Shown: one piece after another, positions 1 to 8,783 of the stretch
How positions within the stretch are numbered: position 1 is the stretch's first letter
How the letters are laid out: the number at the start of each line of letters is the position of its first letter
NCBI GenBank assembly: GCA_036398215.1
Contig: DASWHK010000225.1
Span: 1 to 61,338 of the forward strand
Length of the DNA stretch: 61,338 bases
From: Acidobacteriota bacterium
Lineage (GTDB): Bacteria > Acidobacteriota > UBA890
Direction: 5' to 3'
The notes under the pieces: generated by a model
Databases searched by the model: none
The model's input: the letters and a program-made list of their open reading frames with translations, nothing else
Told to the model about the DNA's origin: nothing
Made by a program: the position numbers and the translations under genes

Positions 1-1255
1 GGTGGCCGCCGGCGAGCAGCTTGGCGGCGCGCTCGTGCATCTTCTCGTAGGTCTTGCGGCTGTGCTCCGGCGAGTAGATCCCTTCGCCCCAGGCCTCGAA
101 GCGGCGCTCGTGGGGATCGAGGCCGGCGAGCCGCTTGCGCAGCGCATCGGAGGAGATCGCGTGGGCGCCGAGGCGTGGCGCCAGCGCGCGCGCCAGCGCG
201 GTCTTGCCGCTGCCCATCACGCCGTGGGTGATCAGCAGCAGCGGCGCCGCCGGCTTGGCGTACTCGTGGGCGAGCTCGAAGTACGAGCGCGCGGTCGCCT
301 CGATCCCGGCCCGTTCGGCGGCGCCCAGGTCGTCGTCGAGGCGGAAGCTGGCCACCTTGCCGCGAGTGAAGGCGCGGTAGCACTTGTAGAAGGCGAGCAG
401 CTCGGCGAGCTGGCGGTCTCCGGAGCGGCTGATATAGGCGGCGACGTAGGACTTGGCGAGGTCGGCACGGCCGAAGTGGTCGAGGTCCATGGCCAGGAAG
501 GCGACATCCGCGGCGACGTCGCTGTACCGGAAGCGGTAGTTGAACTCGATGCAGTCGATGAACTCGATGCCGTTGTCGACGCAGATCTGGTCGGCGTGCA
601 GATCGCCGTGGCAATCGCGGATGCGGCCGGTGGCGGCGCGCTCGGCGAACAGCAGCTTGCGGGCGTCGAGGAAGGCTTCTGTGTAGGCGCGGACAGCGTC
701 GTACTGGGGCCTGGTGATGGTGACGCCCAGGTAGCGGCGCGCCTGATCGAAGTTCTCCCGGGTGTTGTAGCGGACGGTCTCGGTGCCGCCGATCCGCGTG
801 ATCGTGGCGTCGCTTTCGGCGCCGGCGTGGAAGTCGGCGACCCGCCGGGCGATCCGCTCGACCATCCCCTCGTCGGCCTCGCCGGTTTCCAGCAGCCGGC
901 GCAGCCAGCGCTCGCGGGGTAGCTGCACCATCTTGACCGCGTAATCGACGACGCGGCCCTTGCCGCCCACTCGGTAGCGGCCATCCCGCTCGCAGATCTC
1001 CTCGACGCCGAGGTAGACGTCCGGCGAGAGGCGGCGGTTGAGGCGAAACTCCTCGTGACAGTAGATGTGGCGCTGCTCGAGGGTGCTGAAGTCGAGAAAG
1101 CCGAAGTCGACCGGCTTCTTGACCTTGTAGACGAACTGGCCGGTGAACAACAGCCACGAGACGTGGGTCTCTGCCAGGTCGATGCGCTCGGGGCGCTCGG
1201 GCTCCGGGTAGGCTTCGGGTTCGAGCAGGCTGTCGATGTAGGCGGGGCGGGTCAC
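1..1255 (-). CDS. bifunctional aminoglycoside-phosphotransferase-like kinase / P-loop (AAA_33-type) ATP-binding protein; C-terminus runs off the left edge
   Basis: Missing from the ORF track only because its stop lies outside the window. Hand translation of the minus strand from GTG (1255..1253) gives VTRPAYIDSLLEPEAYPEPERPERIDLAETHVSWLLFTGQFVYKVKKPVDFGFLDFS. It continues with the kinase block RDCHGDLHADQICVDNGIEFIDCIEFN and a Walker A motif, LLLITHGVMGSGKTALARALA. Listed ORFs 2..922(+) and 232..984(-) are off-frame shadows. Confidence 0.8.
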   Translation of the reverse strand, partial: MTRPAYIDSLLEPEAYPEPERPERIDLAETHVSWLLFTGQFVYKVKKPVDFGFLDFSTLEQRHIYCHEEFRLNRRLSPDVYLGVEEICERDGRYRVGGKGRVVDYAVKMVQLPRERWLRRLLETGEADEGMVERIARRVADFHAGAESDATITRIGGTETVRYNTRENFDQARRYLGVTITRPQYDAVRAYTEAFLDARKLLFAERAATGRIRDCHGDLHADQICVDNGIEFIDCIEFNYRFRYSDVAADVAFLAMDLDHFGRADLAKSYVAAYISRSGDRQLAELLAFYKCYRAFTRGKVASFRLDDDLGAAERAGIEATARSYFELAHEYAKPAAPLLLITHGVMGSGKTALARALAPRLGAHAISSDALRKRLAGLDPHERRFEAWGEGIYSPEHSRKTYEKMHERAAKLLAGGH

Positions 1256-1397
1256 GGGTGAGGCGGCCTCAGGACGTCCAGTGGGCCCGAGAGCGAAAAC
1301 TCTGGTAGTGGGCAAGCAACGTGCCCCCTACCAAAGACTCTTGCGGGCGGGTTCGGAGCTCAACGCAATGTTACAGTTACGGCTCCCGCGAGAAAGG

Positions 1398-2630
1398 ATG
1401 TTCCCCTTGATGCAAGAGCGAACCAACCCGCGTCCCTGTGCGCCTGCGCCGCGTCTCTGTGCGCCTTCGCCGCAATTGCGGCCGGCCACCGATCCCCTGC
1501 GAATCGAACCCGGAGCCGCCGCCAAGCCGGTTGTCTCCGCTGGCCCTCGGCTGGCTGTGGGCGCCGCGGTCGCCGCGCTGGCCGCATTGTCGCTCGCCGC
1601 GATCGGCTGCGGCACCGACGCCACCTCCAGCCCCGGCCGCCGGGGCTCGGCGCCGCCGCCGCCCCCCGTGGCCACCGGGCCCAACGACGCCCTCGCGGTC
1701 ATCGACGGCGTCGAGGTCACGCTCGCCGACCTCGACGCTCTGCTCGGCCCGCAGCTCGGCAAGATGGACATCGACTATCAGAGAGAGCGCCATCAGCTGA
1801 TCGAGAACGCCACCCGCCGCCACGTGCGCGACCGCCTGCTCGCGGCCGAGGCCGAGGGGCGCGGCATCAGCACCGAGGCGCTGATCGGCGAGGTCGTCGG
1901 CGACAAGGCCACCGCCAGCGAGGAAGAAGTCCGCAGCTTCTACCTGCAGAACCAGGCCCAGCTCGGCGGCCGGACGTTCGAGTCGATCGCGCCGCAGATC
2001 CGCGACTATCTCCAGGGCCAGGTGCGCGAGACCCTGCTCGAAGACTACGCCGAAGAGCTCGCCGTCGAGCGCGACGTCGAGTACGTGCTGGGGGCCTTCC
2101 GCGTCGAGCTCGATCTGGCCGGCGCTCCGGCGACCGGCCCCGACGACGCCCCGATCACCCTCGTCGAGTTCTCCGACTTCGAGTGCCCCTATTGCAAGTC
2201 GTTCGCGCCGACGCTGGATCAGGTCAAGGCGAGCTACCCCGACCAGGTGCGGATCGTCTTCCTGCAGTTCCCGCTGCGCGAGATCCATCCCAACGCCCAG
2301 AAGGCGGCCGAGGCCTCGCTGTGCATCCACGAGCAGGACAAGTTCTGGGAGGCGCACGACCTGTTCTTCGCCGAGCAGAGCGCGCTGACGGCGCCCGATC
2401 TGCAGCAGAAGGCCGAGCGCCTCGGCCTCGACATGGCCGCCTTCAACGCCTGCTTCGAGTCCGGGAAGTACGTCGATTCCATCGAGGCCGACCTCCGCAA
2501 GGGCTTCGAGGCCGGCGTCAACGGCACACCGGCGGTATTCATCAACGGCCGGCCGCTGCCCGGCGGCGCCGTCCCCTTCCAGATGGTCGCCGAGATCATC
2601 GACGAGGAGCTCGAGCTGGCGCGCCGCTAG
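1398..2630 (+). CDS. DsbA-family thiol:disulfide oxidoreductase, probable lipoprotein
   Basis: ORF 1281..2630. Thioredoxin-fold block FSDFECPYCKSF (CPYC active site) and NGTPAVFINGRPL; lipobox-like LSLAAIGCG. Start moved to ATG 1398 behind GAAAGG; ATG 1410 is also possible. Confidence 0.85.
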   Translation: MFPLMQERTNPRPCAPAPRLCAPSPQLRPATDPLRIEPGAAAKPVVSAGPRLAVGAAVAALAALSLAAIGCGTDATSSPGRRGSAPPPPPVATGPNDALAVIDGVEVTLADLDALLGPQLGKMDIDYQRERHQLIENATRRHVRDRLLAAEAEGRGISTEALIGEVVGDKATASEEEVRSFYLQNQAQLGGRTFESIAPQIRDYLQGQVRETLLEDYAEELAVERDVEYVLGAFRVELDLAGAPATGPDDAPITLVEFSDFECPYCKSFAPTLDQVKASYPDQVRIVFLQFPLREIHPNAQKAAEASLCIHEQDKFWEAHDLFFAEQSALTAPDLQQKAERLGLDMAAFNACFESGKYVDSIEADLRKGFEAGVNGTPAVFINGRPLPGGAVPFQMVAEIIDEELELARR

Positions 2631-3328
2631 CGTATCGCCTCGGCGATCGTGCGCAGCGCCTTGATCCGCGCGAAGCGCTTGCAGTTGGCTTCGACCGCCG
2701 TCCACGGCGCCGAAGGCGGGCTCGTCTTCGCCAGCATGTCGTTGGCGGCCTCCTCGAACTCGTCCCAGCGGACGCGGTTGCGCCAGTCCTCGTGGGTGAG
2801 CTTGAAGCGCTTGTGCGGCGTCTTCTCGCGTGCCTCGAAGCGGCGCAACTGCTCGTCCTTGCTGATCTGCAGCCAGAGCTTGACCAGCACGATGCCGGGG
2901 TCGGTGAGCTGCTGCTCGAACTCGTTGATCTCCCGGTAGGCGCGCTTCCACTCCCACGGCTCGGCGAAGCCCATGACCCGCTCGTCGAGCACGCGCCCGT
3001 ACCAGCTCCTGTCGAAGATCGTGATCTGCTTCTCATCCGGGGGGATCAAGCGGCGCCAGAAGCGCCACAGGTAGTGGTGCTTCTTCTCGTCGCCCGCCGG
3101 CGCTCCGATCGAGTAGATGTGGTAGCCGCGCGGGTCGAGCCTGGCGGTCAGGCGCCGGATGCTGCCGCCCTTGCCGCCGGCGTCGCACCCCTGGTAGACG
3201 ACGATCAGGGAGCGCTTCTCCTGATAGAGGCGCCAGGCGAGGGCGCGCAGCTCGAGCTGCAAGCACAGCAGCTGTTCCTCGTACTCCGCCTTGCCGAGGG
3301 TCTGACTCAGATCGAGGGACGACAGCAT
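2627..3328 (-). CDS. ppk2: polyphosphate kinase 2 family protein (downstream copy)
   Basis: ORF 2627..3466 trimmed to ATG 3328 (MLSSLDLSQTLGKAEYEEQ). PPK2 motifs: YQGCDAGGKGGSIRRL (Walker A), HHYLWRFWRRLP, FDRSWYGRVL, KLWLQISKDEQLRRF. Confidence 0.9.
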   Translation of the reverse strand: MLSSLDLSQTLGKAEYEEQLLCLQLELRALAWRLYQEKRSLIVVYQGCDAGGKGGSIRRLTARLDPRGYHIYSIGAPAGDEKKHHYLWRFWRRLIPPDEKQITIFDRSWYGRVLDERVMGFAEPWEWKRAYREINEFEQQLTDPGIVLVKLWLQISKDEQLRRFEAREKTPHKRFKLTHEDWRNRVRWDEFEEAANDMLAKTSPPSAPWTAVEANCKRFARIKALRTIAEAIR

Positions 3329-3330
3329 GA

Positions 3331-4074
3331 TCAGCTCCCGTTGTGGCGCGGATCTTCCAGGCCGCGCTCCGCGAGCTCGGCCTCGAGCCGCTCGATCACC
3401 TTGCCGATGACCTCGACCCGGGCCCGGCGCAGGTCCTGGCAGGCGACCAGGTGCCAGGAGGCCCACTCCGAGTCGGTGCGCGCCAGCAGCTCCTCGATCA
3501 CCTCGAGGTGCTCCGCGTAACGCTCGTTCTGCTCCCAGTCGATCGCCTCGACGCGCCAGCTCGTCGTCTCGTCCGCCGCCAGCTCCTCGAGGCGGTTGCG
3601 CTGCGCGGTGCGATCGATGTGCAGGAAGAACTTGATCAGCGCGTAACGATCGTCGGCCAGGGTGCGCTCGAAGTCGTTGATGTCGTCGAAGGCCTGCTGG
3701 ATCTCGGCCTCGGTCAGCTTGCCATCGAGCCCGTCGACGATCACCCGACGGTTCCAGCTACGGTCGAAGATGCCGATCCGGCCGTAGGCGGGGATGGCCA
3801 GCCAGAAGCGGCGCAGCCAGGGCAGCGGTTTCTCGTACGTGCGCGGCTCGCGGATGGCGTGGATCTCGAAGGCCCGCGGCTCGAGACGCGACGTCAGCTT
3901 CCCGATGATCTTTCCCTTGCCGGCCGCGCGCCATCCCTCGAAGACGATCACCACGCCGAGGCCGGCGTCCCAGCAGGCCCGTTGCTGCTCGAAGAGCCGC
4001 CGTCGCAGCGGGTCGATCGCGGCCCGGTACTCGTCCTTGCCCATCGGCGGACCGGGGGTGACATGCTCGAGCAT
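3331..4074 (-). CDS. ppk2: polyphosphate kinase 2 family protein (upstream copy)
   Basis: ORF 3331..4074. Motifs FEGWRAAGKGKIIGKL, PWLRRFWLAIP, FDRSWNRRV, FFLHIDRTAQRNRL. Its stop (3333..3331) lies 2 nt before the ATG of the next PPK2 gene. Confidence 0.9.
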   Translation of the reverse strand: MLEHVTPGPPMGKDEYRAAIDPLRRRLFEQQRACWDAGLGVVIVFEGWRAAGKGKIIGKLTSRLEPRAFEIHAIREPRTYEKPLPWLRRFWLAIPAYGRIGIFDRSWNRRVIVDGLDGKLTEAEIQQAFDDINDFERTLADDRYALIKFFLHIDRTAQRNRLEELAADETTSWRVEAIDWEQNERYAEHLEVIEELLARTDSEWASWHLVACQDLRRARVEVIGKVIERLEAELAERGLEDPRHNGS

Positions 4075-4303
4075 CGACTGGCGACCGAATCGTAGGTGAG
4101 CGCCCTGGAAGGACGAAACGACGCCGCGAATCTTACCGCTTCCGGCTCACCCGCGAGGTTCCACCCGGCTGTGGTCGGGCGGGCGACAGTCGCCTCGGAC
4201 GGCCGCAACAACGATGGACGGCCCGACCGCAACGGACGGCGGGATGATCGTCTTGGCCGCCGCATCCGGCGTAACCGACGAGTGCTACGGGGTTCCGGTC
4301 GCT

Positions 4304-4534
4304 TCAGGGCAGCGCCGACCTCGAGGCGACGGCCAGGAGCGCTCGGTGCTCGAGCGCGAACGGCTCGGCGCTGTCGGGAGCCAGCGCCCCGATGTTCCCG
4401 CCGTCCTTGATCTCGATATCGAGGTCGGCATCGTCGTTAGTGCGGATGAAGATGAAGTACGCGAAGGCCATCGCCACGATGACCAGAATCACGATGGCCA
4501 CCGACGCGGTGTTCGAACTGGCGTCCTCGGACAC
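4304..4534 (-). CDS. small single-pass membrane protein (76 aa), hypothetical
   Basis: C-terminal part of listed ORF 4304..5221(-). GTG at 4534 sits 6 nt after AGGAGA. Product VSEDASSNTASVAIVILVIVAMAFAYFIFIRTNDDADLDIEIKDGG has one hydrophobic helix. Third codon positions are almost all G/C, unlike the upstream part of that ORF. Confidence 0.45.
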   Translation of the reverse strand: MSEDASSNTASVAIVILVIVAMAFAYFIFIRTNDDADLDIEIKDGGNIGALAPDSAEPFALEHRALLAVASRSALP

Positions 4535-4882
4535 GGCAAGTCTCCTGGTTGCGGCCTGGGACGCAGCACGCCCCAGGGGCGTCAACGGAACTCTGTGCAG
4601 CTCGTTGTCGGGACCATCAGTAAGCAAGAAGCGCGCCAATCGATCGAGCGCGATCGGCCGGAGTCGCCGGAGGCGCCCGCAGGTCCCGCAAGCAGGTGCA
4701 TTCGGCGCGATTGCCGCCGCCCAGCGCAGCGCGGTCGGCACGTCGCCATCGGGTGGCCAAAAACGCAGAAAACGGCGCCGCAGTGAATCGATTGCATTTG
4801 CAGCGGGCCCGCCGGCGGCCGCCGCCAACCCGTTCCTGGGGAGCTTCCACCGGCCAGGCGCGGCCGCGGTACGCGGCGGTTC

Positions 4883-4954
4883 GCGTCGCCCCCGCCGCCC
4901 TGTTTCCGGCGCGCGGGCGCGTCGCCCCCGCCGCCTTGCTTCCGGCCCCTCGGC
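4883..4954 (+). repeat. two tandem 36-bp units (GCGTCGCCCCCGCCGCC[C/T]TG[T/C]TTCCGGC...)
   Basis: Unit starts at 4883 and 4919, read directly. Lies inside a 553-nt non-coding gap between the small ORF (-) and the secreted propeller gene (+). Confidence 0.6.
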
Positions 4955-5087
4955 GGGCCATCCTGAGGGGTGGTTGCCGCGTCGAGATCCCCGCATCTCC
5001 GCTTCCCGGATGCAACCCGACGAGCCACCGTTCCGTCTTACGGATAGAGAACGGTCCAGATCCCCGGTTTTCCCAAGAGGTGAACGA

Positions 5088-7517
5088 GTGAAGAAGATCC
5101 TGCTCCCCGTGTCCGTGTTGCTGTGCTTCATGGCCTTCGCGGCGCCGGCCGTTGCCCAGACGGGCTTCGGCTCGAGCGTCGAGATCAACGGCGACGAGAT
5201 CCTCGTCGGCGAGCCGGGCAACCGGGTCGATTCCGGGTACGTCTACGTCTATCGCCCGATCGGCGGTGCCTGGACCGAGGTCGACTCGATCGTGGCGCCG
5301 GACGCCAGCGAAGGGGACGGCTTCGGCTCGGCCATCTGGGCCGACGGCGACGAGATGCTGGTCTCCGCCGTCTCCGAGGACCGCTCGGTCGTGTATCGGT
5401 TCGTGCGGGTCGACGGGGAGTGGAACGATCTCGGCACGCTGGTTCCCTTCGGGGAGGGCGACGGCACCGGCTTCGGCTCGGCGATCGCCGGCGACGGCGA
5501 CTGGCTGTTCGTCGGCGCCGCGGGCGCCGAGGAGGGCTGGGGTGCGGCCTACGTGTATCGCCGCGGGAACGGGGGCTGGGTAGGTGTCGAGCGCCTGGTC
5601 GGGGGCCGCGGCGAGATCGCCGATCGCGAGGCCGCCGGTCGCGAGGCCGCCGATCTCGAGGCCGCCCCCGCCGAAGCCGGCGATGGCGAGGAGATCCCGG
5701 ACCCGACCCCCGAGGGGTTCGGCGGCGCCGTGGCCGTGCAGGGTGACTGGGCGTTTGTCGGCGCGCCCGCCTCGTATCAGGGGGCCGGGCGCGTCTACGC
5801 CTTCAAGCGCGACGACGGCGGTTGGGAGGGCGTCGAGCTCGCCGATCTCGACTACTCGGCGCCGCCGGACGCGTTCGGCGCCTCGCTGGAGCTCGAGGGC
5901 GACCTGCTGCTGGTCGGCGCGCCCGGCTACCAGCCGCTCGGCGCGGTTCGCCGCTTCATCTACAACGCCGAGGGCGAGGCCTGGGGGCGAACCGGCAGCG
6001 TCTTCCCGTTCGAGGGCTCCGGATACCTGTTCGGCGCCGACATCGAGATCGACGGCGACACGATGTACATCGCCTCGCCGCAGCACACCGTCACCGGCGG
6101 GATGATCTACCTCTATCACATGGACGCCGACTACAACGTGGTGACCATCGAGAAGGTGGCGGCGCCCGGCTTCAACCCGCAGATGGGCGCGGCGTTCGCG
6201 GTCGAGGGCAACGTCATGGCCGTCGGCGCCCCGGGGGCCGATAGCGGCGCCGGCGTGACGTTGATCATGGAGAATCGCTACGGCAACTGGAGCGCGGCGC
6301 GCTTCATCTCCGACTACAAGGGCCTCGACCCGATCACCGGGGGCGCGATCGAGTGCAGCGGCGGCGTCGCCGGGCGCTTCGATTGCGACCAGGTCGACCT
6401 GCTCTCCTTCCTGCCGCTGTCGGCGCTGGGCGGCGGTCGCGGCACGATGGCCAACGACGTCTGGGGCTGGACCGATCCCGAGACCGACCGTGAGTACGCG
6501 CTCGTTGGCCTCAGCGACGCCACCGCCTTCGTCGACGTCACCGATCCCGTCAACCCGGTGTACATCGGCCGGCTGCCGAAGACCGAGACGGCGCCGTCGG
6601 CGCCCTGGCGCGACATCAAGATCGACGAGAACCACGCCTACATCGTCGCCGACGGGGCGCCGACCCACGGCATGCAGGTCTTCAACCTCGAGCGGCTGCG
6701 CGAGTACGCCGGCGAGCCGATCGTCTTCGACGTCGACGCGCATTACGACCGCGTCTCGGCAGCCCACAACATCGTCGTCAACGAGGACACCGCCTTCGCC
6801 TACGTGGTCGGCGCCAACAGCGGCGGCGAGACCTGCGGCGGCGGCCTCCACATGATCAACATCGAGGACCCCAACAACCCGAGCTTCGCCGGCTGCTTCG
6901 CCGACGTCTCGACCGGCATCCAGGGGACGGGGTACTCGCACGACGCGCAGTGCGTGATCTACCACGGCCCCGACGCGCAGTACCGGGGCCGCGAGATCTG
7001 CATCGGGTCTAACGAGACGGCGATTTCCGTCGCCGACGTCACCGACAAGCGCAACCCGGTGGCGCTGGGCGCGGCGACATATCCGAAGGTCGCCTACAGC
7101 CACCAGGGCTGGTTCGACGACGAGCACGAGTACTTCTACATGAACGACGAGGGCGACGAGGTTTCCGGCCTGGTGGAGGGCACCCGCACGCTGATCTGGG
7201 ACCTGCGAGAGCTCGAGGACCCGATCCTGGTGGGCGAGTACATCTCCGAGAACCCGGCCGTCGACCACAACCTGTACATCGTGGGCGACCGTATGTTCCA
7301 GAGCAACTACGACTCCGGGCTGCGGATCTTCGACATTTCGGACCGCGAGAACATCCGCCCGATCGCCTTCTTCGACACCGTGCCCTGGGGGCCGGACGGC
7401 GGTGGCATGACCGGCTCGTGGAGCAACTTCCCATACTTCGATTCCGGCATCGTGGTGGTCACCAGCATGAACGAGGGCGTGTTCATCGTGAAGCCGAGGG
7501 AAGGGATCGGTCGCTAA
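5088..7517 (+). CDS. secreted FG-GAP-repeat propeller fused to a choice-of-anchor-B / LVIVD-repeat domain
   Basis: ORF 4392..7517 trimmed to in-frame GTG 5088 (VKKILLPVSVLLCFMAFAAPAVAQ signal peptide). Seven repeats of the type GFGSxhxhxGDxhhVGAPG. C-terminal half (ANDVWGWTDPETDREYALVGL, HAYIVADG, HNLYIVGDRMFQSNYDSGLRIFDIS) is typical of choice-of-anchor B proteins. Confidence 0.8.
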   Translation: MKKILLPVSVLLCFMAFAAPAVAQTGFGSSVEINGDEILVGEPGNRVDSGYVYVYRPIGGAWTEVDSIVAPDASEGDGFGSAIWADGDEMLVSAVSEDRSVVYRFVRVDGEWNDLGTLVPFGEGDGTGFGSAIAGDGDWLFVGAAGAEEGWGAAYVYRRGNGGWVGVERLVGGRGEIADREAAGREAADLEAAPAEAGDGEEIPDPTPEGFGGAVAVQGDWAFVGAPASYQGAGRVYAFKRDDGGWEGVELADLDYSAPPDAFGASLELEGDLLLVGAPGYQPLGAVRRFIYNAEGEAWGRTGSVFPFEGSGYLFGADIEIDGDTMYIASPQHTVTGGMIYLYHMDADYNVVTIEKVAAPGFNPQMGAAFAVEGNVMAVGAPGADSGAGVTLIMENRYGNWSAARFISDYKGLDPITGGAIECSGGVAGRFDCDQVDLLSFLPLSALGGGRGTMANDVWGWTDPETDREYALVGLSDATAFVDVTDPVNPVYIGRLPKTETAPSAPWRDIKIDENHAYIVADGAPTHGMQVFNLERLREYAGEPIVFDVDAHYDRVSAAHNIVVNEDTAFAYVVGANSGGETCGGGLHMINIEDPNNPSFAGCFADVSTGIQGTGYSHDAQCVIYHGPDAQYRGREICIGSNETAISVADVTDKRNPVALGAATYPKVAYSHQGWFDDEHEYFYMNDEGDEVSGLVEGTRTLIWDLRELEDPILVGEYISENPAVDHNLYIVGDRMFQSNYDSGLRIFDISDRENIRPIAFFDTVPWGPDGGGMTGSWSNFPYFDSGIVVVTSMNEGVFIVKPREGIGR

Positions 7518-7722
7518 CCCGAGCCGCACCCGCGCCCACCGGGGCCTGTTCGACATCCGGATCAGCTCGCCGCGCGAGAAGGAAGACTCGTGGTAACTGC
7601 CCCACGCCGGCGCGCACCGGCAGGTGGCGCCAGCGTTACCCGCCGTGCGCGGTCGCCCGCGGCGCGCGATAATCGATGACGAGTTTCCGGCGGGGTCCCT
7701 ACTAACTGCTACAGGGGGAGTT

Positions 7723-8355
7723 GTGTCCAGACGATTCTGCGCTGTCGCGGCGCTGGCGTGCGCCGCGGCTCTCATCGGTCCCGGCCTCGCCGTCGCCCAG
7801 GAAGACGGCGACATCGAGGCCTTCGGCAGCTTCTCGTACCTGTTCGCCGACATCGGCGGTAGCGCCTTCAACGAGGCGCGCGGTCCCGGCTTCACCGGCG
7901 GGTTCACCTTCTTCCTCGACGACTGGCTCGGCCTCGGCGGCGAGGTGGCGTTCAGCTCGGCCGACCTCGACGTCCCGGTCATCCAGATCTTTCCCACGCC
8001 CGAGCTCAGCCTCGACCAGTGGACGGTGCTGTTCGGACCCCGCTTCCGGATCGCCGAGACCGACCGCTTCCGGGTCGGCGCCCTGGCGATGGCGGGGATT
8101 GCGCGCGGCAGCCTCGGCGTCGACTTCGATGACGATGACTTCCTGCTCGAGATTCCGGGGGGCCAGGAGGTCCTGCTGAGCGTGATCGACTTCGACGACA
8201 CCTCGTTCGCCGCCGCCTTCGGCATGCACTTCGACCTGCGGATCGACGACCGCCTGGTCTGGCGTGTGGTTGAACCCGCGGTCTTGATCACGGCCTACGG
8301 TAACGACACCCAGGGGCATTTCCGCCTCTCGTCGGGGCTCGCCTTCGCCTTCTGA
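7723..8355 (+). CDS. outer-membrane beta-barrel protein (OmpA-like barrel / porin family)
   Basis: ORF 7624..8355 trimmed to GTG 7723 behind GGGGGAG. Signal peptide ends in LAVAQ. Alternating-hydrophobic strands and a terminal aromatic (LSSGLAFAF). Confidence 0.7.
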   Translation: MSRRFCAVAALACAAALIGPGLAVAQEDGDIEAFGSFSYLFADIGGSAFNEARGPGFTGGFTFFLDDWLGLGGEVAFSSADLDVPVIQIFPTPELSLDQWTVLFGPRFRIAETDRFRVGALAMAGIARGSLGVDFDDDDFLLEIPGGQEVLLSVIDFDDTSFAAAFGMHFDLRIDDRLVWRVVEPAVLITAYGNDTQGHFRLSSGLAFAF

Positions 8356-8380
8356 CCGTGGAGGCTTGCCCGCCCTCCTT

Positions 8381-8408
8381 GTCTTGACATATCATGAAAC
8401 GTCAAGAC
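8381..8408 (+). promoter_or_regulatory. perfect inverted repeat GTCTTGAC-N12-GTCAAGAC containing a TTGACA box; candidate promoter/operator of the RHH-doc operon
   Basis: Read directly; lies 85-112 nt upstream of the antitoxin ATG (8493). RHH antitoxins bind inverted repeats (established). Function here is inferred. Confidence 0.4.
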
Positions 8409-8492
8409 GAGAAGCGTGGGAGGCGGGAGAGACAGACGAGGAAATGCGGGGGGCGGCGCAGACGGGAAGGAAGCAAGAACGGAGATCGATCG

Positions 8493-8705
8493 ATGGCGGC
8501 CGTGAAAATCAGCTCGAAAGTCGATGAAGACGCCTGGAAAGAGCTCAAGGAGCTCGCTGAGGAGTCGCACCAGAGCATTTCCGGGCTCCTGACCGAGGCG
8601 ATCGAGCAGTACGTGGCGCGTCGCCGCGTGCGCCCCGACGTCCTGCGCCACCTCGACGACTCGATCGCCGAAAACGAGGAGCTGGGCAAGCTCCTTGCCC
8701 GGTGA
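8493..8705 (+). CDS. ribbon-helix-helix (CopG-like) antitoxin partnered with Doc
   Basis: ORF 8394..8705 trimmed to ATG 8493 (GGAG 8 nt upstream). MAAVKISSKVDEDAWKELKELAEESHQSISGLLTEAIEQYV shows a beta-strand/helix/helix pattern. Sits directly upstream of doc. Confidence 0.75.
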   Translation: MAAVKISSKVDEDAWKELKELAEESHQSISGLLTEAIEQYVARRRVRPDVLRHLDDSIAENEELGKLLAR

Positions 8706-8783
8706 GCGAGCGGCCCCTTTGCCCGGCCACGAGGTAGCCCACCTTGCCCGGTGACCAAGTAGCCCACCTTTCGGTCGACGAGG
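8693..8783 (+). repeat. about 3.5 degenerate 25-bp tandem units spanning the antitoxin stop and the doc start
   Basis: CCTT[T]GCCCGG-type units start at 8693, 8716, 8742 and 8767. The 13-mer CCTTGCCCGGTGA occurs exactly at 8693 (holding the antitoxin stop) and at 8742 (its TTG is the doc start). GTAGCCCACCTT occurs at 8734 and 8759. Confidence 0.6.

Noticed and set aside
2-984. ORFs 2..922(+) and 232..984(-)
   Set aside because: Both are alternative frames of the kinase/P-loop gene. That gene reads cleanly on the minus strand in the third frame and continues past the window edge.
4095-4151. Bulged 13-bp hairpin (GGTGAG..CTGGAAG / CTTCCGG..CTCACC) between the small ORF and the PPK2 start
   Set aside because: It has a large 27-nt loop, no U-tract and no recognisable motif. 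GC-rich DNA produces many such stems.
4617-8291. 1224-aa minus-strand ORF, the longest in the track
   Set aside because: It is antisense to the FG-GAP/choice-of-anchor-B gene and the OM barrel gene. Composition is dominated by Arg/Ala/Gly/Pro/Val with no recognisable motif. This is a typical stop-free shadow frame in GC-rich DNA.
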